From the NCBI GenBank assembly GCA_964016885.1, contig OZ024744.1:73036001-73100000 (forward strand): a DNA stretch of 64,000 nucleotides, written 5' to 3'. The notes beneath the pieces are model-generated. The model made no database searches and was not told where the DNA came from. It saw nothing but the letters and a program-made list of their open reading frames with translations. This document shows, piece after piece, positions 39,006 to 50,881 of the stretch. Origin of the DNA: Eledone cirrhosa (lineage: Eukaryota). Each line of letters begins with the position of its first letter. Positions within the stretch are counted from its first letter, which is position 1. Made by a program: the position numbers and the translations under genes.

Positions 39006-39355
39006 TGGAGGCACATGGCTTAGTGGTTAGAGCATTGGCCTTGCAATCGAAAGGTTGTGAGTTCAATTCTCAGACCGGGTGATGTGTTGTTTCCTTGAGC
39101 AAGACACTTTATTTCACATTGCTCCAGTTTACTCAGCTGTAGAAATGAGATGATAGGGACTGGGGTCCATAACGTTCCACTGCAAAGTGGACGTGGAGGT
39201 GCCACGGCAAAAAATCACCCACCACTCACTGTAAATGAGGTTGGTGTTAGGAAGGGCATCCAGCTGTAGAAATCAAGCCAACATCAGCTCCCATCCCACC
39301 CTTGCAAGCAGGGGAAAAGCGGACGTAAAATGAAATGATGAAATGATGATGATGA
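39006..39355 (+). mobile_element. SINE family A, full length
   Basis: Box A TGGCTTAGTGG, box B GTTCAATTC, (GAT)n tail. Confidence 0.9.
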
Positions 39356-39370
39356 TATATATATATACAC

Positions 39371-39418
<48 letters not shown>

Positions 39419-40344
39419 AGTTATTCCAGGTTGAATCGGAGGTAACCACAGTAAGTAAGGTACTCAATACATAGCAGAGTATTTCTAAAGAATGAAACAG
39501 TTCTGTAGAATCTCATCTATATTAAAACTATATACATATATGTATATATAATACAATACAATAAAAAAAATCCTAGTTTTAAAATAAAAATGTTAATTTT
39601 CATCATCATCATCAACATCATCATTAGGGTCTAAGTATCAGATAATACTAAGTAACATTTACTTTAACACTAACCTTTGACCTGTCCCTCGTCATGGTCG
39701 CTCCCAAACTATGGTTCCGCTCTGAAAAGGGTTCAATGCAGCCAACGGCCTGTCGCTCCTCATAGCAGTGCCATCCAGTTCCACACTGCAAATGTGATTG
39801 GTGTTAAGAAGGTCATCCACCTGTAAAAACCCTGGCCAAATTTACAGTCTCATCTGAGCAAGGTATGGTGTGGCCAATTTTGGCCAGACATGTCTCTTGA
39901 TGTGGACAACCTGTCTAACCCATGCAAGCATGAAAAATGGATTTTAAACAGTGATGATGCTGATATATATATTTTTTAAAGAAATCAACATTTGCTAATA
40001 TTGATAAAGCTAATACATTTAAATATGTCAGCATTACATAAATGTTAAAGTGTAATTGGGAAGAATTACATCGAATTACACAAAACACAACAGTGAGCCT
40101 TTAACTGGATGTTCAACCTGCTAGAAATATCCACAAAATCTTCGGCTCTCACCTTACAATCATAAGAAAGAAGGAAACATGACATTGTGTAATAGTTCTA
40201 GGTAGACCTTCGTTAATGAAAAGCGAACGATTGTCACAGCTGGAACACCTTTGATTAGGAATTATATAAGAATAATAATAATAAAATGATTGTGTACAGA
40301 GCTCAGGTGCACTACAACTCATCAAAGGTGTATGTATAGTATAT

Positions 40345-40680
40345 AGAATAATGTACAAATATCAGGAAAGTGAACAGTGTATGAGTCATGATATACACAC
40401 AGATACATGCGTGCGTGTGCATGGAGGGAGAATATCAGGTATAGTGTTGGCGAATTTCTGGAAGCATGGAAGTTTTGAAGGATGCAGCGTCCTGTCAGCT
40501 AACAATCGATGCAAGAAGTTTGTTCCACACTTCAGCAACTCTAAGCGTGAAAAAATGTTTCCGAAAATCATCGGAGCTGTACTGTTTTCTGATTTTGTAG
40601 GCATGTCTACGGGTGCTCAGGGTTGTTGTTGGCAAGATGGTTAATGATTTGGGACTAAACAACTAAAACAGTTCATGTGC
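40345..40680 (-). mobile_element. CR1-clade LINE 3' remnant
   Basis: Minus-strand TRRHAYKIRKQ....FRKHFFTLRVAEVWNKL.ASIV....AASFK. Confidence 0.75.
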
Positions 40681-41083
40681 TCTTAATTTCATGTTGACAA
40701 CCTTAAATTTGTTTCCCCATTTTTCTTTTTAATTTAATTTCTCAATCACAAAAACAACAAATGAATTCCTACCTAATTTAACAAATAGGAAACACAACCA
40801 ACCCTCACCACCACCCCTTCAACAATGATACTAAATACGATATGTTTTAATTTTCTTCTTTGCTGTAATTGCCCACCAAAATAGTTGTCTGAGATATAAT
40901 CACTCTTTTGAGCTTGCAATCTCTGTTATTATCCCATTTGTTTGTTTGTTCAACAAACTCACCAACAAGTGATTGTCTTTGTCATGGACATCAAAATACC
41001 TTTTGTTGTTTGAAATATATTTTTGTACACTCCTCTGGCTTAATTTTATTGTTGCTGTTTTTTGGTTAGTTTTTTTTTTCTTT

Positions 41084-41121
<38 letters not shown>

Positions 41122-41125
<4 letters not shown>

Positions 41126-41684
41126 GTATACGTACATATATGTATACAGACGTACATGCACACACATATATATATGCACACACATATACATGCACACACA
41201 TATACATGTACGTATCGGTTTACCAAACATTTATTATAATGCTCGGTTTGTTTGTAAACAAACAGCCCGAATTAATAGCCATAGTGTTCAGCAACCATCA
41301 TTGCCCTTTTGTTCAACACTGACTAAAGAACGATGAACTAGTTTCTAGCTTATTAGCTGTCATCAGCATCGTATACCTTCCTGTCAGTTGATAGAACGTT
41401 TGAAAGTATATACTTTCCTTATGCATATTAACGGCTGAGCAGCCTAATTTGCATATCGAGTGAGTTAGTCGGCCGGGTGCACCAGAAACGATAGATGGAA
41501 AAAATGAAATTTCATTTTTCACTCTTAGTATGGCTGATACTTAAATATAAGTATGTATATGTACATACATATATGTATACAGACGTACACTAGTATGTAT
41601 ATATATACCTACATGCACACATATATATATATGTACGTATGGGTTTACCGAACATTTATTATAATGCTCGGTTTGTTTGTAAAC
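41122..41684 (-). mobile_element. Retrozyme-like unit: 425-nt period with terminal direct repeat and one HHR
   Basis: ggtttacc(a/g)aacatttattataatgctcggtttgtttgtaaac at 41217 and 41642. Confidence 0.6.
41331..41371 (-). ncRNA. Type I hammerhead ribozyme
   Basis: cgatg-CTGATGAC-agct[aata]agct-A-GAAA-ctag-TT-catcg. Confidence 0.8.
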
Positions 41685-41701
41685 TTATTACATATATATA
41701 T

Positions 41702-41900
41702 AACAAATTTAATATAGAAATGGCTTAAACAGGACTAGAACTGTTTCATTCAAAGGAAATCATCTGGGCTTTCCTGGTCATTTCTTTTGGATGAAACAGT
41801 TCTAGTCCTGTAGAAGTCATTTCTATATTAAATTTGTTGCATACTCTCTACTAATGTATTGCATACTTTACTTACTGTGGTTACCCCCTATTAAACCTGG
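41702..41900. mobile_element. Imperfect ~137-bp palindrome + tail mini-element
   Basis: aacaaatttaatatagaaatg...catttctatattaaatttgtt; tail reverse-complement homologous to 39425-39481. Confidence 0.65.
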
Positions 41901-41961
41901 TAGCCCAAGTCACAATAGCAGTCCAAAAATAGATAGACCAATAACTAATATAGATATATAT

Positions 41962-42215
41962 TGGCAAGAGTTCGGGCCCGATGGCTAAGTTCTTGCCATT
42001 TTGACAGCTAATTCTGGACCGTTAACAGAACTATCTGAAGTGGAATCACCATCTTGTCAGGGGCATGGTGATCCCACTGCAAGTAGTTTTGCCAACAGTC
42101 CGGAATTAGATGTCGAAACGGCAAGAGCCCATCTGCCAGGCCCTCACTCTTTTTAATATAGTCACTCTCTACTATCTCAAGTATCAAGTATTCTTAGTAG
42201 TTTAAAACTGGTTAA
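41962..42215. mobile_element. Long-hairpin member of the 16097 family
   Basis: cttgccattttgacagctaattctggac...gtccggaattagatgtcgaaacggcaag with inner stem gtggaatcaccat/atggtgatcccac. Confidence 0.65.
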
Positions 42216-42280
42216 ATATATATATATATATATTAGTGAAAAAGAACAAAGGAACTATTATGACATTATAACAAGTTTAT

Positions 42281-42327
42281 TGCCGACAGCCGTTTCGTCC
42301 GACCACATGGTGGGACTTATCAAGGCA
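42281..42327 (-). ncRNA. Hammerhead ribozyme with mutated core
   Basis: tgcc-TTGATAA-gtcc[caccatgtggtc]ggac-GAAA-cggctg-TC-ggca. Confidence 0.65.
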
Positions 42328-43114
42328 TATAACATGTGATTGTAAGATCATTGTTTACATCAACGTATCACTCAAGGCTAGCAGTTTGAAATTGTGGTAT
42401 ACATCAGCAACTCCGCTTGTATAGTTGGGGTCTATATTCTAAGGGGGCTCTTTTATATTAGTTGTCGGGGTCAGGGATTGAAGTTTAAAAATTAGACAAT
42501 AATATATAATTTACGCATTAACAGTAAACCAAAATATTTCTGCTCTGCGTATACGCATAGAGCTTAACTAGCTACCGTCACATATTTGGTAGGTCAGACG
42601 TGATCATCGCGATTCACATACGACCTACCATACATCTTACTTATATATATATATATATAATCATGAAGTACAAATCAACAGATTAAAATTTACTTTATTT
42701 ATTCATAATTATGAATAAATTATAATCGGTGTTATATATATATATTTAGAGAGAGAGAGAGAGAGAGAGAGACAGGCAGATGTAGAACAGACATCATAAC
42801 TTAGTTGATATATGTTTGGTAATGATTAAACAAAATGTTTAAGAAATTTATTATAATCAATGTAAATTAATGTAATAGAGGCAAGGGAGAAAAGATTAAG
42901 GAAAATCGAGGATTAAAATATCTTTACCTACTATTAGATTAAAAACTTTGACTATAAATCCAATCATTTTTTACAGGTTCTAGGGTTATGTATGTATGTG
43001 TGTTTGTTATGTGTGTGTTTGTATGTATGCATGAGTGTATATGTGTGTATGTTCATAATTATGTATGTGTGTGTGTATATATATATGTATGTATATATAT
43101 ATATATATCTATAT

Positions 43115-43314
43115 GACAATGAAGGTGTGGTAAGATACCAGGTGGACCATAATGCACCAGAGTACTCAATACTTAGGGTAATAGAGTGGGTAATAGGAAA
43201 AGAGTTCAGACACCGAAGGCTGAGCTCTGGCCATTTTGAGAGCTAGATCTGAACAGTTCGGATCTAGCTGTTGAAACGGCTGGAGCTCAGCTGTCGGGGT
43301 CCTGACTCTTTTCC
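43115..43314. mobile_element. Tail + palindrome mini-element (16097 family)
   Basis: Homology to 16097-16272. Confidence 0.75.
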
Positions 43315-43317
43315 TAT

Positions 43318-43361
<44 letters not shown>

Positions 43362-43367
<6 letters not shown>

Positions 43368-43439
43368 GTTCCCAAAAATATATATACACACTTCAATGGC
43401 ATTCTAATAAATATGTGTATGCATTTTTTAGACACCCTG
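43362..43439. mobile_element. 78-bp Tc1/mariner-type MITE
   Basis: TIRs (c/t)agggtgt..aaaaa / ttttt..acaccctg with TA flanks. Confidence 0.6.
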
Positions 43440-43445
43440 TATATA

Positions 43446-43494
<49 letters not shown>

Positions 43495-43530
43495 AAATAA
43501 AGATCCGAAGGCATGGTTTAAATTTCCAAT

Positions 43531-43615
43531 CATTTTAATCTCGACACGTTTCAATAAGAGATAGATTGATTGGGCAGCCTTGATCAATTATCACTGATCT
43601 CCTCAGCTGAAAATG
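43531..43615 (-). ncRNA. Decayed hammerhead-like fold
   Basis: CTGAGGAG...gataattgat[..]atcaatctatc...GAAA-cgtg-TC; stem I imperfect. Confidence 0.45.
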
Positions 43616-43738
43616 AATTGTCTTCAAATCCTTGATATGAGGGAGAAAATTTAAAGATGTTCACTCACTAGAGTTTTGTCCCCCATATAAGTTTATTGGA
43701 CCGCATGATACAACCATTAATACACCTTACTATATAAC

Positions 43739-43787
<49 letters not shown>

Positions 43788-45504
43788 TATATATATATAT
43801 AGATATATAGAGAGAGAGAGAGAGAGGAAGGGAAAAAAAAAGGTTAGTTTTTTTTAATTTGTTCTTAATTGTTAGTTTGTGTTGGACTAAATAGCTAGAT
43901 ATTTGTCTGTCCAAATTCTCTCTATTTCCTTAACTACTTGTGTATCTGTCTGGAATGTGTGTATATTTATGTTATTTCATATAATATCATAGTCAGAAGC
44001 AGTCTTGTTTTTAACCCTTATACTAATCACCAACATGACAAATAAAATGTATAAAAAGAAAAGGAAATGTGTGTGAGTATGTATACTATATATATATATT
44101 TATATATATATATATATGTGTGTGTGTGTAGAGAGAGAGTGAGAGGGAGAGAGAGAAAGAATAAGGATAAAAAACCAGGGGAGACCTTTCCTTGCATTTG
44201 TACTCTGAAACTGATATAAAACATATACACATGCACACACACCACCAGCCATTTACCTCGAAGGTGAGTTGGGGGAGGGCAGAAGGGCATATGGGGTAGG
44301 TTGGCAGGTGAGTTCGGGATGGGAGTAAAGCCAATGTTGGACAAACAGCAAAGATTTTCTGTGGAACAATAATTTCATTGTCTTAGTGTACTATGTTGTC
44401 TAAGTTGTCATAGTTAGGAAGCAAGTCTCCCATTTCAAATCTACCCCACTATACTAGCTACCTCCTTAATCAGATGAATAAGGTATTTGTTATTCATACA
44501 TTAAACACTCATATACATTTTTCTATGTGCACTGTCTTTGAAGCTTGTATACATTTTTTTTTTTTTTTTTTTTGTGCTTTCACATTCTTACTAGTTTCAC
44601 TCATGGCACTGTGGCCAAGCTGCGGCACTGCCATCAGTGATTTTTAGTCGATTATATCAACACCATTGCTTTGTATGATATTTATTTTGCCTCCTCTGTT
44701 AGGTAAGAAATGGAGGCACATGTGGTAAGGTTGTTCAACTTACAATCATAATAGCGCAGGTTCCTGCGCTGGGTTACGTGTTGTGTTCTTGAGCAAAACA
44801 CCTCATTTCAACATCATTATTCCAGTATATTCAGCTGAAAATGAGTAACTGGGTGTTTAACTCTGCAATGGACTAGCATTCTGTCCAGTGAGGAGTCTTG
44901 TACTGTCAGTCGCTTCATACCAAACAAACCGAGATAAGCACCGGCCTGGTGAGCCTCTGAGCTTGAGACAGACTTTAGTTAGCTAAGAAACATAAACAAA
45001 CATAACTGAACTGAAGCAAAATACCATAAAGTATTTTTATTCAATGCAGCAATTCTGACCTCACTCAACAGTAAATCATCATCTCTTTTATCATCATCAT
45101 CATCCTCAGCTTTTCCCTGCTAGTATGTGTAGGGTGAGTGATAACACATCAGTGCTTAATGAAACTACTGTTTTCCTAGATGGACCAGGGACTGTATTTT
45201 GTTTTGCTTACATTCATTCCAGTTTCGGCAAGGTCTCAACAGCTGATGCTCTTCCTAATGCCAACCTGTTTACAAACTCTAACTGGGGCATTTTATTGTG
45301 GCACCAGAACTATGGAGTTTGTCATGTCACTGACTCTATAGAAGATTCTTTTGAACCATATTTTAGCACAGTTTCTACAACTGGATGCTCTTCCTAATAC
45401 CAACCACTTCATAGTGTACTGAATGCATTTTATCAAGACACTGATCTCTCTCTCTCGTTATTTAGTTATTTATATATATATAGAGAGACACACACACACA
45501 TATA

Positions 45505-46135
45505 TCATCATCACCATGTTATGTTTGCTTTTCCATGTGAACATGGGTTGGGCTAAGTTTTTTCTAACATTACATGCCTCCTCTCATCGCAGACCTTTCT
45601 CATGTCTCTGTGAGCCTCAGCAATTTGAGATTAGCTCTCACAACTTCTGCCCAGTTCTTCCTTTGTTTTCCTCTCCTTTGCTACCTTCTACTTGGATTTT
45701 CTAGTACTTCTTTACCCAATGTTCATCATCCATTCATGTTACATATCCATCCTAGCAGTGTCTTCTCTCCTGCACACTACATTCGAGTCCTCTTATACGA
45801 AGGTTTTTTTTTTTTTTATCAGCTCATCCATGATTCACCTTTCTCAATTATTAACATTGCATATCCAACCAGCACATGTTCATTTCAATTCCATCCAGCC
45901 TTTGCAAATCATTTTTTTTTTCACTGCCCAAGTTTCACTACCTTACAACACCGTACTTTGCACTCAGACATCATACAGATGGCCTTCCATCTATAGAGAG
46001 AAAACTTTTGCTGCCAACAGCAAGAGTAGCTCCCTGAACTTGTTTCCATCCTCTCCTAGATACTATGCTCTCAGAGCAATGTCCTCCATTGATAACTATA
46101 TCATCTAGGTAACAGATGCTATCAAACACTTCTAT
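45505..46135 (-). mobile_element. Decayed RTE LINE 3' fragment
   Basis: Reverse complement resembles the RTE C-terminal region (e.g. 19210-19750). Confidence 0.65.
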
Positions 46136-46208
46136 GGATCCTTCCTGGGAATGAAAAAGTTTATTTCACTGATGCTCTTACTACCAACAATCTTTTTGCT
46201 GCTGCTGC

Positions 46209-46513
46209 TTCTTCTTCTTCTTCTTCTTCTTCTTCTTCTTCTTCTTCTTCTTCTTCTTCTTCTTCTTCTTCTTCTTCTTCTTCTTCTTCTTTTTCTTCTT
46301 CGCCTTCTTCTTCTTCGCCTTCTTCGCCTTCTTCTTCTTCGCCTTCTTCTTATTCTTCTTCTTCTTCTTTGCCTTCTTCTTCTTCTTCTTCTTCTTCTTC
46401 TTCTTCTTCTTCTTCTTCTTCGCCTTCTTCTTCTTCTTTGCCTTCTTCTTTGCCTTCTTCTTTGCCTTCTTCTTCTTCTTCTTTGCCTTCTTCTTCTTTG
46501 CCTTCTTCTTCTT
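46209..46513. repeat. (CTT)n/(GAA)n trinucleotide tract with variants
   Basis: Directly visible. Confidence 0.95.
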
Positions 46514-46887
46514 GTCATGGAGGCAGAGTCTTCAAACACTCCTTTCAGCAGGTCCTGTCAGAAGCAACTGTCTCAAACTGATACAACTGGATCCCCAAGT
46601 GAGACCAGCCAAGCTCATGTAATGAAAGTTGTGAATCAAAAACTATATTCTAAATGACACTCAAATCATTTTAAACATCAAAATGTTGAAATTTCATAAA
46701 TATATTTTATATTCATGAGAGTTTCAGAACCAGGCCATCTAAACATAATGTGTTGATTAGCTGCCTTGGCTTATAAATGGGGTTTGGATTTGTGCCCAGT
46801 TCTCAGACAAAAAATAGGGAGTAGGGAAGGTCAGCTTATATTCGAATATATACTGTGTGTGTATATATTCGAATATATATATATAAT

Positions 46888-46978
46888 CCATTTTTGAATT
46901 TGCTTTGCAAGATTTCTTATCTGAAAATGTGTGTTAAAACAGATATTGGCTACATGACCCTCCCAAAGAATAACAATA
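46888..46978. mobile_element. ~90-bp minimal derivative of the 33621 PLE family
   Basis: Left tail (tttgaatttgctttgcaagat...aaacagatatt) joined to the right terminus (ggc.acatgaccctcccaaag.ataacaata). Confidence 0.7.
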
Positions 46979-46988
46979 TATATATATA

Positions 46989-47792
46989 CTAGCAGTGGTA
47001 CCCGGCGTTGCACGGGATAAGGTATTTTGGAATGTGGGCCGCCAACAGACCTAATCGTGGAAAAACTGCATGCCTGGACAATATGTAAAGAAAATAAACT
47101 GAATACTCTGATGGCTGGATCATCTAAGATTTTCCTTGATAAAGCAGGAAAAGGCAGGTTTTCACATAATGCAGGCCCTAGGGGATCAAGAAAATGAATT
47201 TTTTTTATGTGCATAATATGCCTTGAAATTTTGGGAAAATCGGCTAGACGTAACGCCTCAAAAATGCCCTAAAAAGCTGAAAAAAAATGTTGGATTTTCT
47301 TTGCTCACAGTATGAAGAATGACTGACTAATACATAGTTACAATTTCAAGGAAATCGGTCTGACGTAACGCCTCAAAAACCCCTAAAAAGCTGAACAAAA
47401 ACGCAGTTTTTCACTTAATGCGGGCCCTAGGGGATCAAAAAGTTGAATTTTTTTATGTGCATAACACTCCCTGAAATGTAAGTAATACACATGTAAAGTT
47501 TGCAATGAACAGAAAATAGCGAATATAATACGTCATCAATGTTCGTCAGAATGTCGTAATGCAGACAGCCAGGCATACAGACAGATATTATAAGAGCGCA
47601 ACAGAGATGGATAACCGGCGCCTAGCACACCTTTAACAACAGAAAATTGAAAAATAAAAGCTGCAGTTAATATCTTTAGACCGCAAGGAATATATGAATG
47701 CAAGTTTGAAGTCAATCGGAGTAGAAATGTGGATTTGTATAGACTTTGCAAAAATGAGGACACACAGACAACAACAGTTTTATATATATAGA
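46989..47792 (-). mobile_element. Non-autonomous Helitron with internal duplications
   Basis: CTAG + cccggcgttgcacggg hairpin at left, TC start at 47792; shares taatgcagacagccag core with the 16481 and 30040 Helitrons. Confidence 0.85.
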
Positions 47793-47849
47793 TATATATA
47801 TATATCATCATCATCATTGTTTAACGTCTATCTTCCATGCTAGCATGGG

Positions 47850-47909
<60 letters not shown>

Positions 47910-47913
<4 letters not shown>

Positions 47914-49515
47914 AGTTTATGTTGGTTGTATACCAACACCTCAGTATGCAGGCTGGCGCACTCGACGAAGTGCGCAGGTTGGTTTGGTTACTCCGGAGTA
48001 GTGTAAAATAAAGTCAAATAAGAGTCAAATGATTAAAATTTTGCTTCGTTTATTACTGCTATATATATTTCAGTGACAGCCATCTTTGGCTGTGACCTCT
48101 TCAGGCAGTTTGAATTAGTATGGTATAGACAAGTACATATGTTGTTTAGGTGTATAATATTGTCAATACTCTGATATGCCCAGTTCCTTGTTGGGTTGTT
48201 AATTCACTGAGGAACTGGAGTCATATGAATTCAAACAAACGAATTTCAGTGTCAAAGGTCCCCTTCTCCTCTCATTGGTCAGTTATTAGAACATTCCTCA
48301 TTCTAAGTGTTGTTATTGTTGGAGTTAGCTTAAAAATTGATAAAATGGTAGAAGGGACAAGGTGTTAAAGGAACAAAATAACAAAAAAAGTGTCAAACTT
48401 CCCATTGGTCAGTTCTGAGAGCATTCCTCAGTCAGAAGTCTATAGAATTCTTTCTGGGGTGAGGCTCTCTGTAGTGTTTTTGCCTGCTATTGTTCAGTAC
48501 ATTTGACCTCTACCATTATTTTGGTAGTGTTGTTGGTGTAGTGGTCAGCTTATATCTTGCTGCTGCTAACAATTTAGAAGTATCCAGTTTGTGTTTTTTC
48601 TTCATCCCTCCTGCCACCATCGTAGTGGTGGTGGTGGTGGGAGGGGGGGGTTCTTCCATGTATATGAAGAAATATAAGGCAATAAATGAAGAAAACAGAA
48701 AATAAATAAATAATATAATAAAATAATTAATATAATTTGTATAATTTGAAAATAAATAAATAAATAAAGAATAAAGAATAAATGAAAAATTGGTGAAAAA
48801 GTAATGAAAATGAATATGGAGAAGTGAGAAATAATGTAGGATAAAGTGTGTGTGTGTGCTATAACCAATCTCAAGGTCAGAATATGTTGGATAGATTGGT
48901 ATGAGACAAGATGTTAAGATGAGATATTCAAACTAAATGTGTTTGTGTTATAATCAATCTCAACTTAAAATAAATATAAGGTGATACAGTGAAGAGGGCA
49001 GAAAACAAATAACATTAATAAAGAGAAATCAAGATTTAAGATTGGAACTTGAAAATCAGAAATCTAGTAAGTTAAAAGTGTTTGTGTTATTGATGTTGGC
49101 CAAATTATTATGGCTGTGTCCGATTCTATCTGTAGGCTATCATGGTGTCTGCTCTGCCTGGGTTGTTCCCTATGGCTTGAGGGGAGTTCACAACCTAGGG
49201 TGTTGTTATTGCCCATATAGCTTGAGGGAGGTCTGGCCGAGAGGTGTTTTCATGTTCTGTAGAAGTCCCTATAGCTTGAGGGGAGTTCACATCTTCCTGT
49301 GTTGCTACTGTCCATATATCTTGAGAAAGGTCCCGGCTCTAAGGTGTCTGCATGTCCCGAAGAAGTCGGTTCTGAGGTTTATCAGGCCGCTTCCACCTCT
49401 TAGTATTGATCTGCTATTTATTTTAGTTCTTAGTTTTTATTTGTAATTGCAGTTATATTTGTGGATGTATTTTAGGATTGTGAATTTTTAATCTTTGTTA
49501 TTACACAACAGGTAA
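47910..49515 (-). mobile_element. Probable PLE 3' remnant (long UTR, 99-bp repeats, HHR)
   Basis: HHR at 48055, (TA)n flank, repeat units at 49168 and 49267. Confidence 0.45.
48055..48109 (-). ncRNA. Type I hammerhead ribozyme
   Basis: actgc-CTGAAGAG-gtcacagcca[aaga]tggctgtcac-T-GAAA-tatata-TA-gcagt. Confidence 0.8.
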
Positions 49516-50881
49516 ATTATATCATCATCATCATCATCATCACTGTTTAACACCCATTTTTCCATGCTTGCATGGGTTAGGCAGGCTGGATGCCTTTCCT
49601 AACACCAACCTCATTTACAGTGTAGAACTGGATGGCTCCAGTATGAGGAGAGACAGACCACTTGGCTGCACTGTACTTGTCTTACAGCTGAACCATAGTT
49701 TTGGAGCCTGACCCATCTCACAGCAGAACCATAGTTTAGGAACCCAGTACTGGATGATTCCACTATGTGGAGGGACAGGTGCAGAACCACAGTTTGGAAA
49801 CCTGTTGCTGGATGGCACCACTACGTGGAGTAACAGGCCAGCTGGACATGCTGAACTCTTCACACAGTGGACCATCAGTTCAGGTGTCACATGGCAGCGC
49901 TGTGAGCAGGGACAGGCCAGTTGGCCACACCACACCCGTCTCTCTCTATATATAAAGAGTATATAAAGAGGAGGGATTTGAGAGGACCCATTAGTCATGC
50001 CTCGGTACTGCAACCTTTTTAGTGTTGGAAACCTACACTATCAATGCACCCAGTACATGCTGTAAAGTGGTTGGTGATAGAAAGCTTGCCAAATAAAGGG
50101 TTGGAAGGACCTTTCAGTTGTGTCAAGGACATGACAGCCTTCATAGTGTTGGTGGCCTACATTACAAAAAACACACAGTACATGTTTTAAAGTGGTTGGT
50201 CATTGGAAGGGGATCCAGCTGTAGCAAACTTGCTAAATAAAGAGTTGGGAGGGCTCTCAGTTGAGACAAAGACATGACAACCCCTCCTGTACACCCAATA
50301 GAACGTGAAACATACATAAATGAGATGCAGATCCCTGACCTGTGTGGGAAATCAGCATCCCCACTTCAGTACTGATTCAGTCTACATAAACCTGTGGAAC
50401 TCTTGCTAGAAGGGCAATCGAAATACTAGAAATAGCAGCCAAATCAAATTCCATGCCATGGTAGCTTATAAAATAGTTTCAGCTACAACACCTTTTCTAT
50501 TAAATTTGCTTGTTGAAGTAAAGACCTGTTGCTTAGTGGTTAAAGAATTGGATTTGCAATTGTAAGGTTGTGAGTTCGATTCCCAGTCCCGGGCGAAGCA
50601 TTATGTTCTCGAGTAAGACACTTTATTTCACGTTACCCTGTCTGCCAGGAGTTGTAATCAGTAGATAGTATCAGCAATGGAAACATTGTTTTCCTGGTCT
50701 AATTTGTTCCACCCCATTTGGTATGAAAGTGAGATCTGGGATCTTGTCAGTAATTCAATTTTAGGGCTTATTTAGTGTTAAATAAAAATAATTAAAGGGG
50801 CCTATTTATGGTTATTTGACTAGCTATAAATTGCATCCAAAGCTCAATCGAGTCATACCTTACAAGAAGGATACTTTAGAG

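Noticed and set aside
39006-39075. tRNA gene
   Set aside because: No complete cloverleaf; continues into the SINE body
451-44344. Many Y/I/V/C/M/H/T-rich ORFs (e.g. 13335-14544, 24215-24955)
   Set aside because: Translations of (TA)n/(TG)n microsatellites that lack stop codons
46132-46657. Poly-Arg / poly-Leu / poly-Ser ORFs
   Set aside because: Artefacts of the (CTT)n repeat
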